This document shows, in pieces, positions 15,490-26,718 of a stretch of 32,000 nt of DNA (position 1 is the stretch's first letter; every line of letters starts with the position of its first letter). The translations under genes were made by a program, and so were the position numbers. The stretch is from Zygophlyctis sp. KS116 (lineage: Eukaryota > Fungi > Chytridiomycota), in contig BAAFSQ010000071.1 in the NCBI GenBank assembly GCA_054661495.1, positions 1 to 32,000 of the forward strand, written 5' to 3'. The notes beneath the pieces are model-generated. The model was not told the origin of the DNA. It saw nothing but the letters and a program-made list of their open reading frames with translations, and ran no database searches.

Positions 15490-16010
15490 ACTAGACTTTT
15501 GTGTGGATTATAACCGAGACGTGTTATAACTGCCGACCAATTCATGATTTTCGTCCGATTCAATAAATATTAGCACTGAAGAGGAGAAACTTGATTCTAA
15601 ACATCTCTTCTCGGACACAGATTCTTATGCAGAGAAGACAATTTCTCAATATCAATTTGATCTGGGTTGGATGTATAGACTATCGATTTTTTAAAAAGAT
15701 AAATTGCACATTATATTATTTTGTGTCGGTTAGAGATGCATCAAAAATCTTTACAACCAGGAGCAGCAACTGAAAAACATTCTAGCAGAAAAAGGTAAGT
15801 AGATGTAATCTGTATAGGTAGGGATCGTAGATGCAGAGTTATTATCTGCAGCCGGGGAACCCATATACATAACTTATCGGAGATTGCAATCAGACAATTA
15901 TCATTAACTACATCTGTTTAGTTGAAGAGATGGTTGTCATTTGCGATGGCGTTACTCTTATTTTTAGTTTATAGATTCGTACCTCAAATACCAAGTTCAA
16001 AATTAAAATA

Positions 16011-17047
16011 CTATCCTATTTTCTGCTTTATGATTTTTGGTGTAGAGTCATTATTAAAATTCGGCGAGGAATACTTTAGAGTATTTAATATTCTACTTGA
16101 GAATTCTTGATCAAGACCAATATTAAATAGCAGATCAACTACTGATTTCATCTATTTTTAAAAAAAATAAAACTTACATCAATCTTGCTAGTTTTTGCAA
16201 AAACACCATTTGGATCAATGTGATCATATATAATACAACAAATTGTCATTATTTTACATTTACTATGGATATTAATCTGATTCTGATCAGTGTTTTTGTG
16301 TTTAGATAAAATTAAGTAACAGGCTGCAGCAATCGTAAAGAATACTTGTAGAATGCTAGATGCTTTAATTTCTACCTTTATATAAACTTTTTAAAAATTA
16401 CTTTTTGAATTCCATTTTTTAAGTTTGAGATGATTTTGACAGTCATTGGATTCATTTGAGCGAGAAATAATGAAATATAATTGGTTTCTTCGTCTGGTAT
16501 AATGATTATATCTGGCTATTGTTTTTAGATTTCAATACTTACAGACTTGGATTCCTTGATTTTTGATAATGATCTTCTATAATAACTGAAATCATTCTGC
16601 AATGCTGGATTAGATAATTTTAACCAATCAAATTCAGCATAAAATTCCAAGAGCGCTGAAAGTCTCTCTAGATCTAGTCTGTGAGATTCTATTTTTGATT
16701 GAAAATCGTCTGCTGATAATCTCTTGATAATTTGATAAAAGCTAGTGTCTAATTTTTTAAAATATTATAATACCTATTTCACATGAAATTTGATAATATT
16801 TTCGAATGTCCAGAATACAAGGATTAAGCTTTTTACAAACCGCTGCATCATTTACGGAACTCGGATTAGAAATCGCTTCTTTGATATAAGTAGCGCAACC
16901 GGTGTAATTCCTTTGCGAGTTTAAAATTTCAACGAGGTGAGCTGGAATATCTATGGGTGGTAAAAGATCAATATCAATAGATTCTATCTCTTTCCATGAT
17001 GTAGTATCGGTATAGATTGATTTGAAGAATGAGAAGATATTTCCCAT
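16011..17047 (-). CDS. CYRI: CYRI/FAM49, copy 2 (I13T relative to copy 1, TAG stop)
   Basis: Essentially identical to 2081-3117 including introns; stop TAG at 16011-16013. Confidence 0.88.
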
Positions 17048-17113
17048 TTGTTGCGAGCGTCAGTCACGAAAACGCCAACGCCAAACGCGCGTCCCTTGCA
17101 AAAAATTATGAGA
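16012..17113 (+). repeat. Copy 2 of the ~1.1-kb direct duplication
   Basis: Direct comparison with 2082-3184. Confidence 0.97.
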
Positions 17114-18536
17114 CATGTTCTTCAGGCTGCCTTTTTTCCTGATCATATTCTGAGAGAAAGTTTATTACTTTTTTCCTCTTGAATTTTTTGGCAATTTTCA
17201 TGGCAGTTGTAATATTTTTGGAGAAATCCATTTTGTAATTTACCAGCAAGAATTTTAGAGCAACCAGTCTACCAAATTTCACAGCATCAAATATTGAGTT
17301 TAGTGTTATTTTCATTCTAGTATCTTGTAAAAGTCTCTTTAAAAGTCTTAAATCCCCGTTCTTACTAGCAATCACCAATGGGTTATAATCTGCTAGTTGA
17401 GGATCAATACTAGTTTCATTCAGCAAGAAATCAACCACTTGTATTTGCCCTTCTTCACAAGCAAACTTTAGTCCCTGATTCAACTCTACTGCTAGATCCT
17501 TTGCAGTACGCCCCTTTATATATCTAGAATCCTCGAAGAGCCTCTTTGCCATTTTTACATTCCCAATTTTACAAGCAGCACCGAATGCTTTATCTCGTGT
17601 CATTTCTGGATCTACACTTGTATTTTTCAATAAAATATCGACAATTTCAAAATAGTTTAGGCTAGACGCTGTTGTTAAAGAACTATTCAACTCTTTTTGA
17701 CTATGCATTCTTGGATCTTGTAGTAGAAATTGAACCAATGCTAAATTATTATTACTGCAAGCGTATTTTAGTATCCCTTTTGGAGAAACTCTAAAATCTT
17801 TAAGTAATATTTTAACAATTTCCCCATGATTATTCTGACAAGCCGCCTTGATTGCATAATTATCCAAATCAGAAGGATTTATCCTAGAATCTTTAATAAG
17901 AATTTTGACAATTTCATAATGACCATTTTCAGCAGCTAGCCTAAATCCCTTATTTGATTGAGATCCAGGATCAACTCTAGAATCTCTTAATAAATCCTCA
18001 ACCCGACTTTTAAACCCATATTGACAAGTCTTGTGAAAAGATTCATCATTTACAAATTCATTAATGACTCTATCGTCTTCCAGTAATAATTTCTTAATTT
18101 GAGAAATCCTTGCATTATAAATTGCCTGATCTTGTAATGCCTGAGGATTAACAAAAGGATTCTTTAATAGCAATTTCACCAATTCAGGGCTATTATATCT
18201 AACAGCTGTCCGAATTGCAAGATCATAACCATAAGATGCGTCAACCTGATTAAAATTCCCATGTTTGACTGTCAACCAAAGTAATTTTAGATTTTTTTCA
18301 TGTAATGAAATTCGAAGTGATTTAGCAATTTTGTCAGTTGATATATTGAAGAAATCATTGCTCAGTAGTCTGATCAGGAGCCTCATATTCCTTTGACGCA
18401 ATGCAACATCAAAGATTGCATCTGCATTCCTTATTTTTAAGATTCTATCGGTAATTATTCTTTCCGGACATGCATTGACTGACGATCGGATTGAAGATTG
18501 ATATATAGTTTGAGCAGATGCAGTGATGTTTTTCAT
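17106..18536 (-). CDS. Intronless ankyrin-repeat protein
   Basis: 476-aa ORF with repeated units such as LLRDSRVDPGSQSNKGFRLAAENGHYEIVKILIKDSRINPSDLDNYAIKAACQNNHGEIVKILLKD. Confidence 0.9.
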   Translation of the reverse strand: MKNITASAQTIYQSSIRSSVNACPERIITDRILKIRNADAIFDVALRQRNMRLLIRLLSNDFFNISTDKIAKSLRISLHEKNLKLLWLTVKHGNFNQVDASYGYDLAIRTAVRYNSPELVKLLLKNPFVNPQALQDQAIYNARISQIKKLLLEDDRVINEFVNDESFHKTCQYGFKSRVEDLLRDSRVDPGSQSNKGFRLAAENGHYEIVKILIKDSRINPSDLDNYAIKAACQNNHGEIVKILLKDFRVSPKGILKYACSNNNLALVQFLLQDPRMHSQKELNSSLTTASSLNYFEIVDILLKNTSVDPEMTRDKAFGAACKIGNVKMAKRLFEDSRYIKGRTAKDLAVELNQGLKFACEEGQIQVVDFLLNETSIDPQLADYNPLVIASKNGDLRLLKRLLQDTRMKITLNSIFDAVKFGRLVALKFLLVNYKMDFSKNITTAMKIAKKFKRKKVINFLSEYDQEKRQPEEHVS

Positions 18537-18644
18537 GATTGCCCCTTGGTTAGTTCCTTACCAGCCGTTTGCCTCGGCCTTGATCGATGTTTGTGGCTTA
18601 ATCGACTGCAGGCGCAAACTATTGACTTTTTGACTTGTTTTTTG

Positions 18645-19265
18645 ATGACGATAAGCCGATGCATGTAAGTATTATGATTTAATATCAGTAGTAATACAAC
18701 ACTTGCATTAAAACGGTTTTATTCTTTCAACAGGAATTCTAGCATGTACGACAGACTGGGAGTGTCTCAACATGCATCGTTAAAGGAAATCAAATCTGCA
18801 TATTATAGCAAGAGTTTACAATGTCATCCAGATAGAGGTGGTTCAACAGAGGAGTTTCAGTTGATAAAGGAGGCATATGAAATTCTATCAAGTCCGGATA
18901 AACGCTCAAGTTATAATGCTACCGGTAAGCATGATTTTACTGGATTTAATTCTGGAAATGATAATGAATCAATGGATGCAACAATAGATGAATATTCTCC
19001 TGCTCTTGTAATTACGATTGGAATACTTTTAGCAACTGGAGCAGCAGTTGGAGTTGGAATTTATTATCATACATTTATTGAAAAGTCTCCTAGTGAAATG
19101 GAGCAAGATTTAAATTATTACAAGAGTAGAGCATTTGTATTAGAGACTACGCCTCAAGATTTCTATAAAGTACATTATGGATCAGGTTGGAAATATAAAA
19201 AGAATCATATATCACAAGTTTCTAAAGAAAAGTTAAGTGAAGGGAATGATAAGCTGTACAAATGA
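18645..19265 (+). CDS. Small J-domain (DnaJ type C) membrane protein, probably mitochondrial
   Basis: YDRLGV...EIKSAYYSKSLQCHPDRGG...FQLIKEAYEILS with HPD; TM segment ALVITIGILLATGAAVGVGIYY. An upstream exon gives the presequence-like MTISRCINTTLALKRFYSFNRNSS. Confidence 0.85.
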
Positions 19266-20512
19266 AGTTGTAAATCATAGCTTAATACAATGAGTAATAC
19301 ACGGTTCAAACATGGGTCTTCTTGATCAAAAGAAGATTTAAATGAGATTCCAAGAATTGGGCAAACTGGTAAATCTAACCATGTTTCTAGTCTCATTCCA
19401 TATTTTGGATTTTTAAAATCTGATGATCTAATCTTAGTAAAAAATAAACATACTTTACGATTCTAATAATTCCTACAAGACCTACTTGAGATACAACAAT
19501 TGCAATACTTAATTCTTTTATCCATTTTATAATTGAAAATCTATCAAGATCTCTATATCGATGATTATCTCTTTCTGATAATTCTTGAATACACGCTTCT
19601 ACTCTTAGATTATGACCATATTGTTGTGATAGATAAAGACTTGTAACACTACTTGATAGTATTAAATCATTAGATAAAAATTTAGAGTCTTGAATGCAAT
19701 CATAATAATTTATAATTTCTAGAGATTCTTGAGCTGAATACCATGAGTCAATTGAATAATCAGTCATGGATTCATCGTCTTCACTTAAAAGTCTAGAATC
19801 CATTGTTTCCTCGCAAGAATTTCTAATACCTTTGAAAAACTTTGAAAAGTCTTTGATCGGTTGCACATCTTCTATTCTTATAAATTGAGCAGTCCAATGC
19901 CATTCATTTGATATTATATCATTTGCAATCAAATCACCTGTATCGATATTCCATATACGACAGCTCCCATCAATTGAACACGAAACTAGAAAATCACCAT
20001 TAGAGCTGAAATCTATTCCTGGAATATTATGCTCATGACCTTTTAATACAAATGATTGAAGTGTAGCCATATCATACACACGAATGATCCATTCATTTGA
20101 TGAAACAGCAACTAATTTCTTTTTAGATGAAATAGCGATCCCCTATTTTATAAAATACTAGATTATTACCCAAGAAGAAATTTGATTATCCATTACTACA
20201 GCAGGGCAAGAAGACGATAAATAATTAATGATTACTTCTCCAGCATCATTAACAGCAACGAGAATATCATCATTTTCAAGATTGCCAATCTTGATTGCAT
20301 TGATGGCAAAGTTCTAGAATTCATTTCAGTAAAAGATACTATTCCTAGCGGTTTAATGTGTTGAAATTGCAACTTTCTAATCAGCTGTCCAGTCCATAGA
20401 TCAACTTGAATAATCTCATCATTGACAGCAGCAAAAAAGGAATCATCAAGCATCTCAATCAGATTAAGTCTCTGTAATTAAATACATTATCTAGATTACC
20501 CATGGAAAGCAT
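19205..20512 (-). CDS. CRT10-like WD40 protein, spliced
   Basis: MRLNLIE, INAIKIGNLENDDILVAVNDAGE, SSW|GIAIS...LVAVSSN, LKGHEHNIPGIDFS, SCSIDGSCRIWNI, DRFSIIKWIKELSIAIVVSQVG. Confidence 0.72.
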
Positions 20513-20594
20513 CCCTCTAGCAGTGGGACTTTGTATGATTTCATGACTCGAACCTCAATCATTTCGCAAAACTTAAAGTTGAAATTTATAGATT

Positions 20595-23500
20595 TTAAGA
20601 GTTTTTTAACGGAGATAATGAAAATGATGGATCAGATTCATGCGATCTATGAATAAGATGTAAATGCTTACCTATCAGACACAGATGAAAGAGATAAATC
20701 TTGTTCGGCGTGTACCATTGATCCTTTTTCGGATTTGGGAGATGTGGTATTTTCTTGTTTAGAGGCTTTTGTATTTGTTTTTGCTTTTCTAACCACCTCT
20801 TGCGCTCTGGAAATGGTTGCATCTATATCTTGAGAAAGTTCGCCCAGAGAATCAAGTGAAGAAATCTCTCCTAATGAAGTCTGATCATCTGTTTTTGTAT
20901 GGATTATCATTGGTGGTATTAATTTAAATTCATTTGGGCCTTGGATCATGTTTCCTAGAGCGTGCCTTTGAATCATTCCAATGACTTCTCCTTCACTACT
21001 TGTCAATTTATATAATTTTTACCTATACAAGTTTGTAATTACTTCTCCGTCAGAGAGCATTGTTGATAAAATAGATGTTCCAACAGATGTCGAAGATTGG
21101 GACGATTTAGTTTTTGAAGATTTGTTACTTTTAGAGGAATTTGTCTCCTTAATATCACAATAATTGTTAATCATACCTTTTCTAAAGATTTTTCTACCAA
21201 CAAGGGCTCTTGCCCAATATGTATAAAAGATGATTTAGTTGGAGCTTCAAATGTCTTTTCTTCAACAATGGAAACAATTGGTTTTCTTTCCACAACAATC
21301 TCTTGCTTTTTTAAATTGGATTCTAGTTCAATAGTATTGTTTTTAGATTTGATATTTTCATCCAATGACAGACTGTTTTTATCGCTACTCAGGGCTTCAT
21401 GTGTCATATCTGAGACGGATTCTTTTTGAATACTACTTGTGCCTTCAAAAGATAAATTAGGTATCACACTCTGTATGGCTTGATCCTTGACTAAAACTTT
21501 GATGGGAGAACTGGTAATGGGGCTAGTTGATTCAAGTTTTTGCTGTAATATAACTAGTGCCTCTTCTTGCTGGCTTGAAATAAATACTGATTTATCATTT
21601 GAATTCTTTTGGGCTTCTCTAATTTCTTCTATTAGCTTTTGCCTTTCTAGGTTAAATTCCATCAGCATTTTTTGTCGCTCTAGTTGATCTTCCTTTCTTT
21701 GGGCCTCAATAGCCTCTAAGAATTGATTTCTACCCAGTGACTCTTGATTTAATTTGTTCCACAATCCCTCTTCGAACAACTCTGAATGAACATACTTACC
21801 AATTTTTCGACTTTCTTTACTAATAACCTCATCCAAGATGCATTCTGAAATTCCACGCGCAAAAGACAAAATGTTTTGTGTCATTTCTTGAGGGAAAGAT
21901 TCAATGATATGCGCGGTCTGGACAATCTCGTCCTTTGTTGAGTTTGTTATAGCAATTTCATCCGCTTGCACACCTGCTTCTGTCTTTACTACTATCTTAG
22001 ATTCAAATTCATTTTTATGCGGAATGACTTCAGGCACGTTTTTAACTGATGGAAGCTGAGATACAGCCTCAAACTCATCAGCTTTTTTGATTTTAGTCTG
22101 CATTTTTTTGGATCTTTCATCCAATAACTTCAGCAAAATTTCATTTTGTATCCATTCAACCATTTTCTCCTCTAGTTCGGGATTACTTATATCATCAGAG
22201 CTAAAATTTTAAGTGAATTTTTGTATCTTACATATCAGCCTCTGTTGGCTCGACATAATCCAATTTTTTCTTCAAAATTGCTCGTGGTTGAGATTTCTGA
22301 ATCGTCGTCTAATTTTCAAAATGCGATAATTACATATTGTTCATTAACAAAAACAGAGCTCTCATCTAATATTTCTTTACTTTCCTCCAACTCAATTTTA
22401 TTACTTAAAGTCTGAGTTTTGATGGTTTTTCGAGGCATTACTACTGTTAATCAGAATTGGAATTAAATACCTGAAATATCTGAAGCTTCACTATCATACG
22501 GAGTCATTTGCGTTCCATGAGTTTTTTTAAGCGGGCCTGTCTGAACCGATTCATTGATAAGCTTGATTATATTTTCTTCTATAATTTTCTGCTCTTCAGC
22601 CGTAGAATTGAACTGATTTTTAATAGGATTTGCTGGAGCATCTCTTTTCTGAACGAAAACTTCTTGTCTAACAGGGGATTGTCCACGGCTAGCTGGTGAT
22701 CGACTGGAGCTTCGTTCTACTGGGCTAGGAGATCTCCTTGGACTTGGCGTCCTGTTAAGGAATTCTAAAGTTGGTGGTCTTAAAGTAGTCCTTCGCAAGA
22801 AGATAGGAGCGTTAGATAATCGAACTGTATAAAAAGGTGGAGGCCTCAGTGGAGATTTGGGCCTCATCGGTTCTGTAGCTCTTGATTCTGCTGGAGATGG
22901 TGCTCTTTTTTGAGTTGAATTGCTAAATGATTGTGCAGCATGTTTGTTTATCAATTTACTGGGTTTATCCACTGAATCCACTCTAACTGGCTCTTTGGAT
23001 TGATTTTCGCTTTTCGAAAGATGGCTGTCGCCAATTATTTCTTCTCTTCCCAAAAGTGTACGTGTTACAGCCTTGTTTCGTTTTGGCAATAAATGCTGGC
23101 CTTTATGTAATTGACTGACATGAACGTTGGCTTCTGAAGGCGGTGGCTTAAATTTGTGTAAGTTCTCTGCGGTTTGATATGACTCATATTGCTACCATTA
23201 GTTTTGAGCCATAGTACCTTTTCAAACAATGCCTGTTCTATTTTTTGATCGACTATCGCTTTAATCCTATCCAATTCCAGCAACTCATTACAAGGCTCCA
23301 GGGCTGATTTTTGCGAATTACTTAATAGCGTCACCATTGGACTACTATCCACATTTTCGATGCTTTGGTTAACGACTTGATTCCATTTCTTATGTAGATC
23401 ATTTGCGGTTTTACCAAGTTGACTATAATCTAATGGACTTGCTAGATGCTTATTTGATTTCGATGTCGGATTCTCCTTGATATTAAAGACAAAATATAAA

Positions 23501-24652
23501 TTACCTTCTGCTTTGATTTTAAAGATTGTTTTTCATTGTTCGCAGCCTTTTGAAACGCCTGAGAGTGCTCCATTATGTCATCTAAAGGAGACCAATTGAG
23601 TGTTTTCTTCATTTCTTGTGCCCCTATTCTCCAATCCACAAACTTCTTATCAAAATTCTCATCATCATGATGACTCTTGTCTGAAATATTGTGCGGCTTA
23701 GAGTATGCACCGATTTCTTCTTTGATTCCTTTAATTTCTTGCAAAAATGCTTGAAAATTGACATTTATAGACTCAAACTTTGAATCGATTAATTTAGCAA
23801 CCTTGTCTTCGAGCATATTTGAGCGAAAAACTTTTAAATCTTTCACTATAACTTTAGGCACACTTTGATCATCAGCATCCTTTATATTATCGATTGAAGA
23901 ATCTCTAGAATCTGCAGATCTTTTATTTCTTTCAAATTTTGAGTTTATGTCCGGAACTACTGCGCCTTGAATAATTTGCTGCATTTTCTCAAGATAATCC
24001 ATCTAAATATTAATTAAAAATTAAATACCTGGTGACTCATTTGCTCATTCTGAATTTCGTGAAGATTTTTGATTTGTTTGATTGCCTTGACTTTTAGATT
24101 TGACCAAAATACCTGAACATGGATAGAATCCACTTGATTATTTAAAAGAGCCTGCTGATCTTTAATTATTTTTCCACTTATAGCTTGGACTCGAGATTGA
24201 AAATCTTCGACTGACGCTAACTGCTACGTTTTGAGATATCGAATGCTTACAGAATTCAGCATATAATTAGCGTCTGGTGAATTCATAGATTTAAGCGGAG
24301 ATGTACCAGTTGATATTTTGACATTGAAATCCTTTGAGTATTTCGCATCACTTTGCTTTAGCGGTGCTTTGAATGCTTCGCCGAAAGTTTCGTCTCGAAC
24401 TTGGCTTCTAAACTTTGTAATAGTAGAATCCAGAACAGATGATGCATCTCCTAGTTGATTCAAAGATGGTGGAATTATCGTTTGTATATTCTCTTGCTCC
24501 TGATCCTGGAATGGCGGGATGCGCGTTGGGACTTGCTGAATCTCTTCAGGAAGAAGAGTCATTGATTGGTTGAGAGACCTTGAAGCGGCTCTTTCAAGCA
24601 GGTTTTGGGCTTCCTGCAAACTCTTCTCGGCAGAATTGTCAACTGAAAACAT
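20595..24652 (-). CDS. Large multi-exon coiled-coil/low-complexity protein, TALPID3 (KIAA0586)-like centriolar protein
   Basis: Chain of same-strand ORFs separated by short GT-AG introns. REKMVEWIQNEILLKLL resembles the TALPID3 WVEQEI motif; C-terminal SDGEV/SEGEV/SLGE repeats; Pro/Ser-rich middle. Confidence 0.55.
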
Positions 24653-24798
24653 TTAAAAAAAGATGACACGCTTTTTCTGAGAGAGAGAATGACTTTTTAT
24701 AGACAAAATTCAATTCAAGAAAGACATTTATCCTCTAACAAAAACTCAAATGACCTCACTTCAAAAGTATGGCTAAATCTCACAATTTTAATGATAAT

Positions 24799-26582
24799 TC
24801 ACTTTCTACCATTGATCCAGTAAGTCGTCATTGTACCTTTTCCCTACAAAATTAATAAATAGTAATTACCTTGATTTGCATCACATCAGGCTCACTGCAG
24901 TTAATGTTTGTATTCTTGATCAAGTTATATGTAGTTTCAGAAATATGGATCATCATGGGTTTTGATGAGGACTCCATACGTGATGCAGTGTTCACTGTAT
25001 CTCCGACAATGCACCAGTGAGGATTTAACTCACCCAGAACTCCTGCAGTAATTGGTCCAGAGTTTAGACCAATACGAATCTGAATAGCATCGCCCATAGC
25101 AGTTTTAAAGGTTTTTATCATTTCGATGATATCAATGGAAAAATTTACTGCACGGAAAGCATGATCGGCTGCTTTTTCAGGACAACCGGTCACAGCTAAA
25201 TACGCATCACCAATTGTTTCGACTTTGTATACTCCCCATTTCCTTGCAATGGCATCGTATTCAATCCACAATTTGTTTAGTGTACTCAACATATCTTTAG
25301 TAGATGTCTTTCCAGAAAGTACAGTAAAGTTTGCAATGTCAGAAAAGAATACAGTAACGTTTTCATATTCTTGAGCCTCGGTAGATTTTCCAGATTTGAT
25401 TTGTTGGATTACTCTAAAAAATTATAAAATAAAATTACTCTTGAGGCATCATTCTCTCCAAAAGTTTTTCGGTATTTCCCATTTCAGTTTCCAAATCTTG
25501 GGCAATACCAGACAATAAATCGACTTTTTGATTCTGAGCTTCATCAACCGAAGCATTTATCAAAATCAGGGTCAAAAAGACCTTTGCAACAATGTCAATG
25601 CCTACATAAAGTGCTTCACCTTGACCAAAAGTAATATAGTTATATCTAACAAGACCATATACAACAGGGACTTCAAAATTATTTAAGGAAAACTTACAAC
25701 AGTTCCATGCAAACATGCAAGCTAGTCTTGAAAGTTTTAATGCTGTTTTATCCAAATTACAAGCAGTCTTTCCTTCAATTGCATCAGTAAACATATCATA
25801 GAGTCCAGTAACGACAATGCAATGCGATCCGCAAGAAATGATCAAGCAAATTTCAGACCATGGTTGCTTGAGGATCGAGGCAAGAAAGCCAGTGATGACA
25901 AGAATGTAATCATGAGTCATGGTTCGCTTTACTATCGAAGTATTTCGTGTTACATTTCCAATGAGAGCTATCAAAGATGGGCAGCAAGTTAACCATTCTA
26001 TAAATCGGCCGACATCCACAGGATATCCATTTGAATCCTTCAATGATGGAGATAGTCTCAGAAAATGTAGTACATATGTACTGGTGGCCACAATATCCAC
26101 CAAAAGCAAAACCATCGCTAATCCTTTCTTCTCAGCAGTTTTTGCCGAGTTGTATCCCAAAATGGCGAATCCTATCCCGATAATAAAGGCCGAAATGGCA
26201 CATAAATAACCATAATCGGAAATTCCTCGATCAAACTTTGTTTGATATGAATATTTTGACAATGCAAATGTAGCCAGACCCACAGTTGCCAAAAACCAGT
26301 AGGCGGTTGCGCCCTTTTGATAGCGTGCAAGAGCATTACTCTTTCTACTGCTCTGTTTAGTAGCTTGATCTACTTTATCTCTCCAATTGAGCTTTTTCTT
26401 TGTATTAGCTGTCTGAACTTCATCTAGAATCAGTAATGATTAAAATTACCATAGTTTTCCTCTCTGTGTTTATTTGCTTTACATCCGCAATCCTCACATT
26501 TAAAAGATCCCTTTACAATAGAAAACTCAGTACAATCACAAGCATTGCAAGCACCTCTCATCACCTCATTCATGTCCTTCAT
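24799..26582 (-). CDS. Rhodopsin-guanylyl cyclase A (type Ib 8-TM enzymerhodopsin, CyclOp/RGC family) with N-terminal Cys-rich module
   Basis: Exons 26582-26450, 26423-25698, 25670-25439, 25413-24870 and 24843-24799. TM3 RFIEWLTCCP; TM6 WNCFPVVY; TM7 IDIVAKVF (retinal Lys); linker ending LLERMMP; cyclase FFSDIANFT, KVETIGDAY, PHWCIVGDTVNTASRMES, IKGKGTMTTYW. Confidence 0.96.
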
Positions 26583-26718
26583 ATTTTTTAATGTAAACAA
26601 ACAACAATGGATTGACGGTAGGCGCCACTATGACGCACGATTACTGAAATAGATACCACATGTCTGGGTCTAGAATTACTCATGTCTTCATAAAAAATTA
26701 TTTTCATGTAATGCATAT

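Noticed and set aside
15535-15990. Possible small spliced plus-strand gene (intron-like gtaagt...tag near 15794)
   Set aside because: Could not assemble a stop-free model or recognise a family; it may be a real small gene or a remnant next to the duplication junction.
16012-17113. Duplicated block as a transposon or retrocopy
   Set aside because: No transposase or RT, no terminal inverted repeats or target-site duplication seen, and introns are retained.
25919-26209. Plus-strand ORFs opposite real genes (also 5229-5627, 27481-27705, 29897-30151 and similar)
   Set aside because: Antisense shadows with no recognisable motifs.
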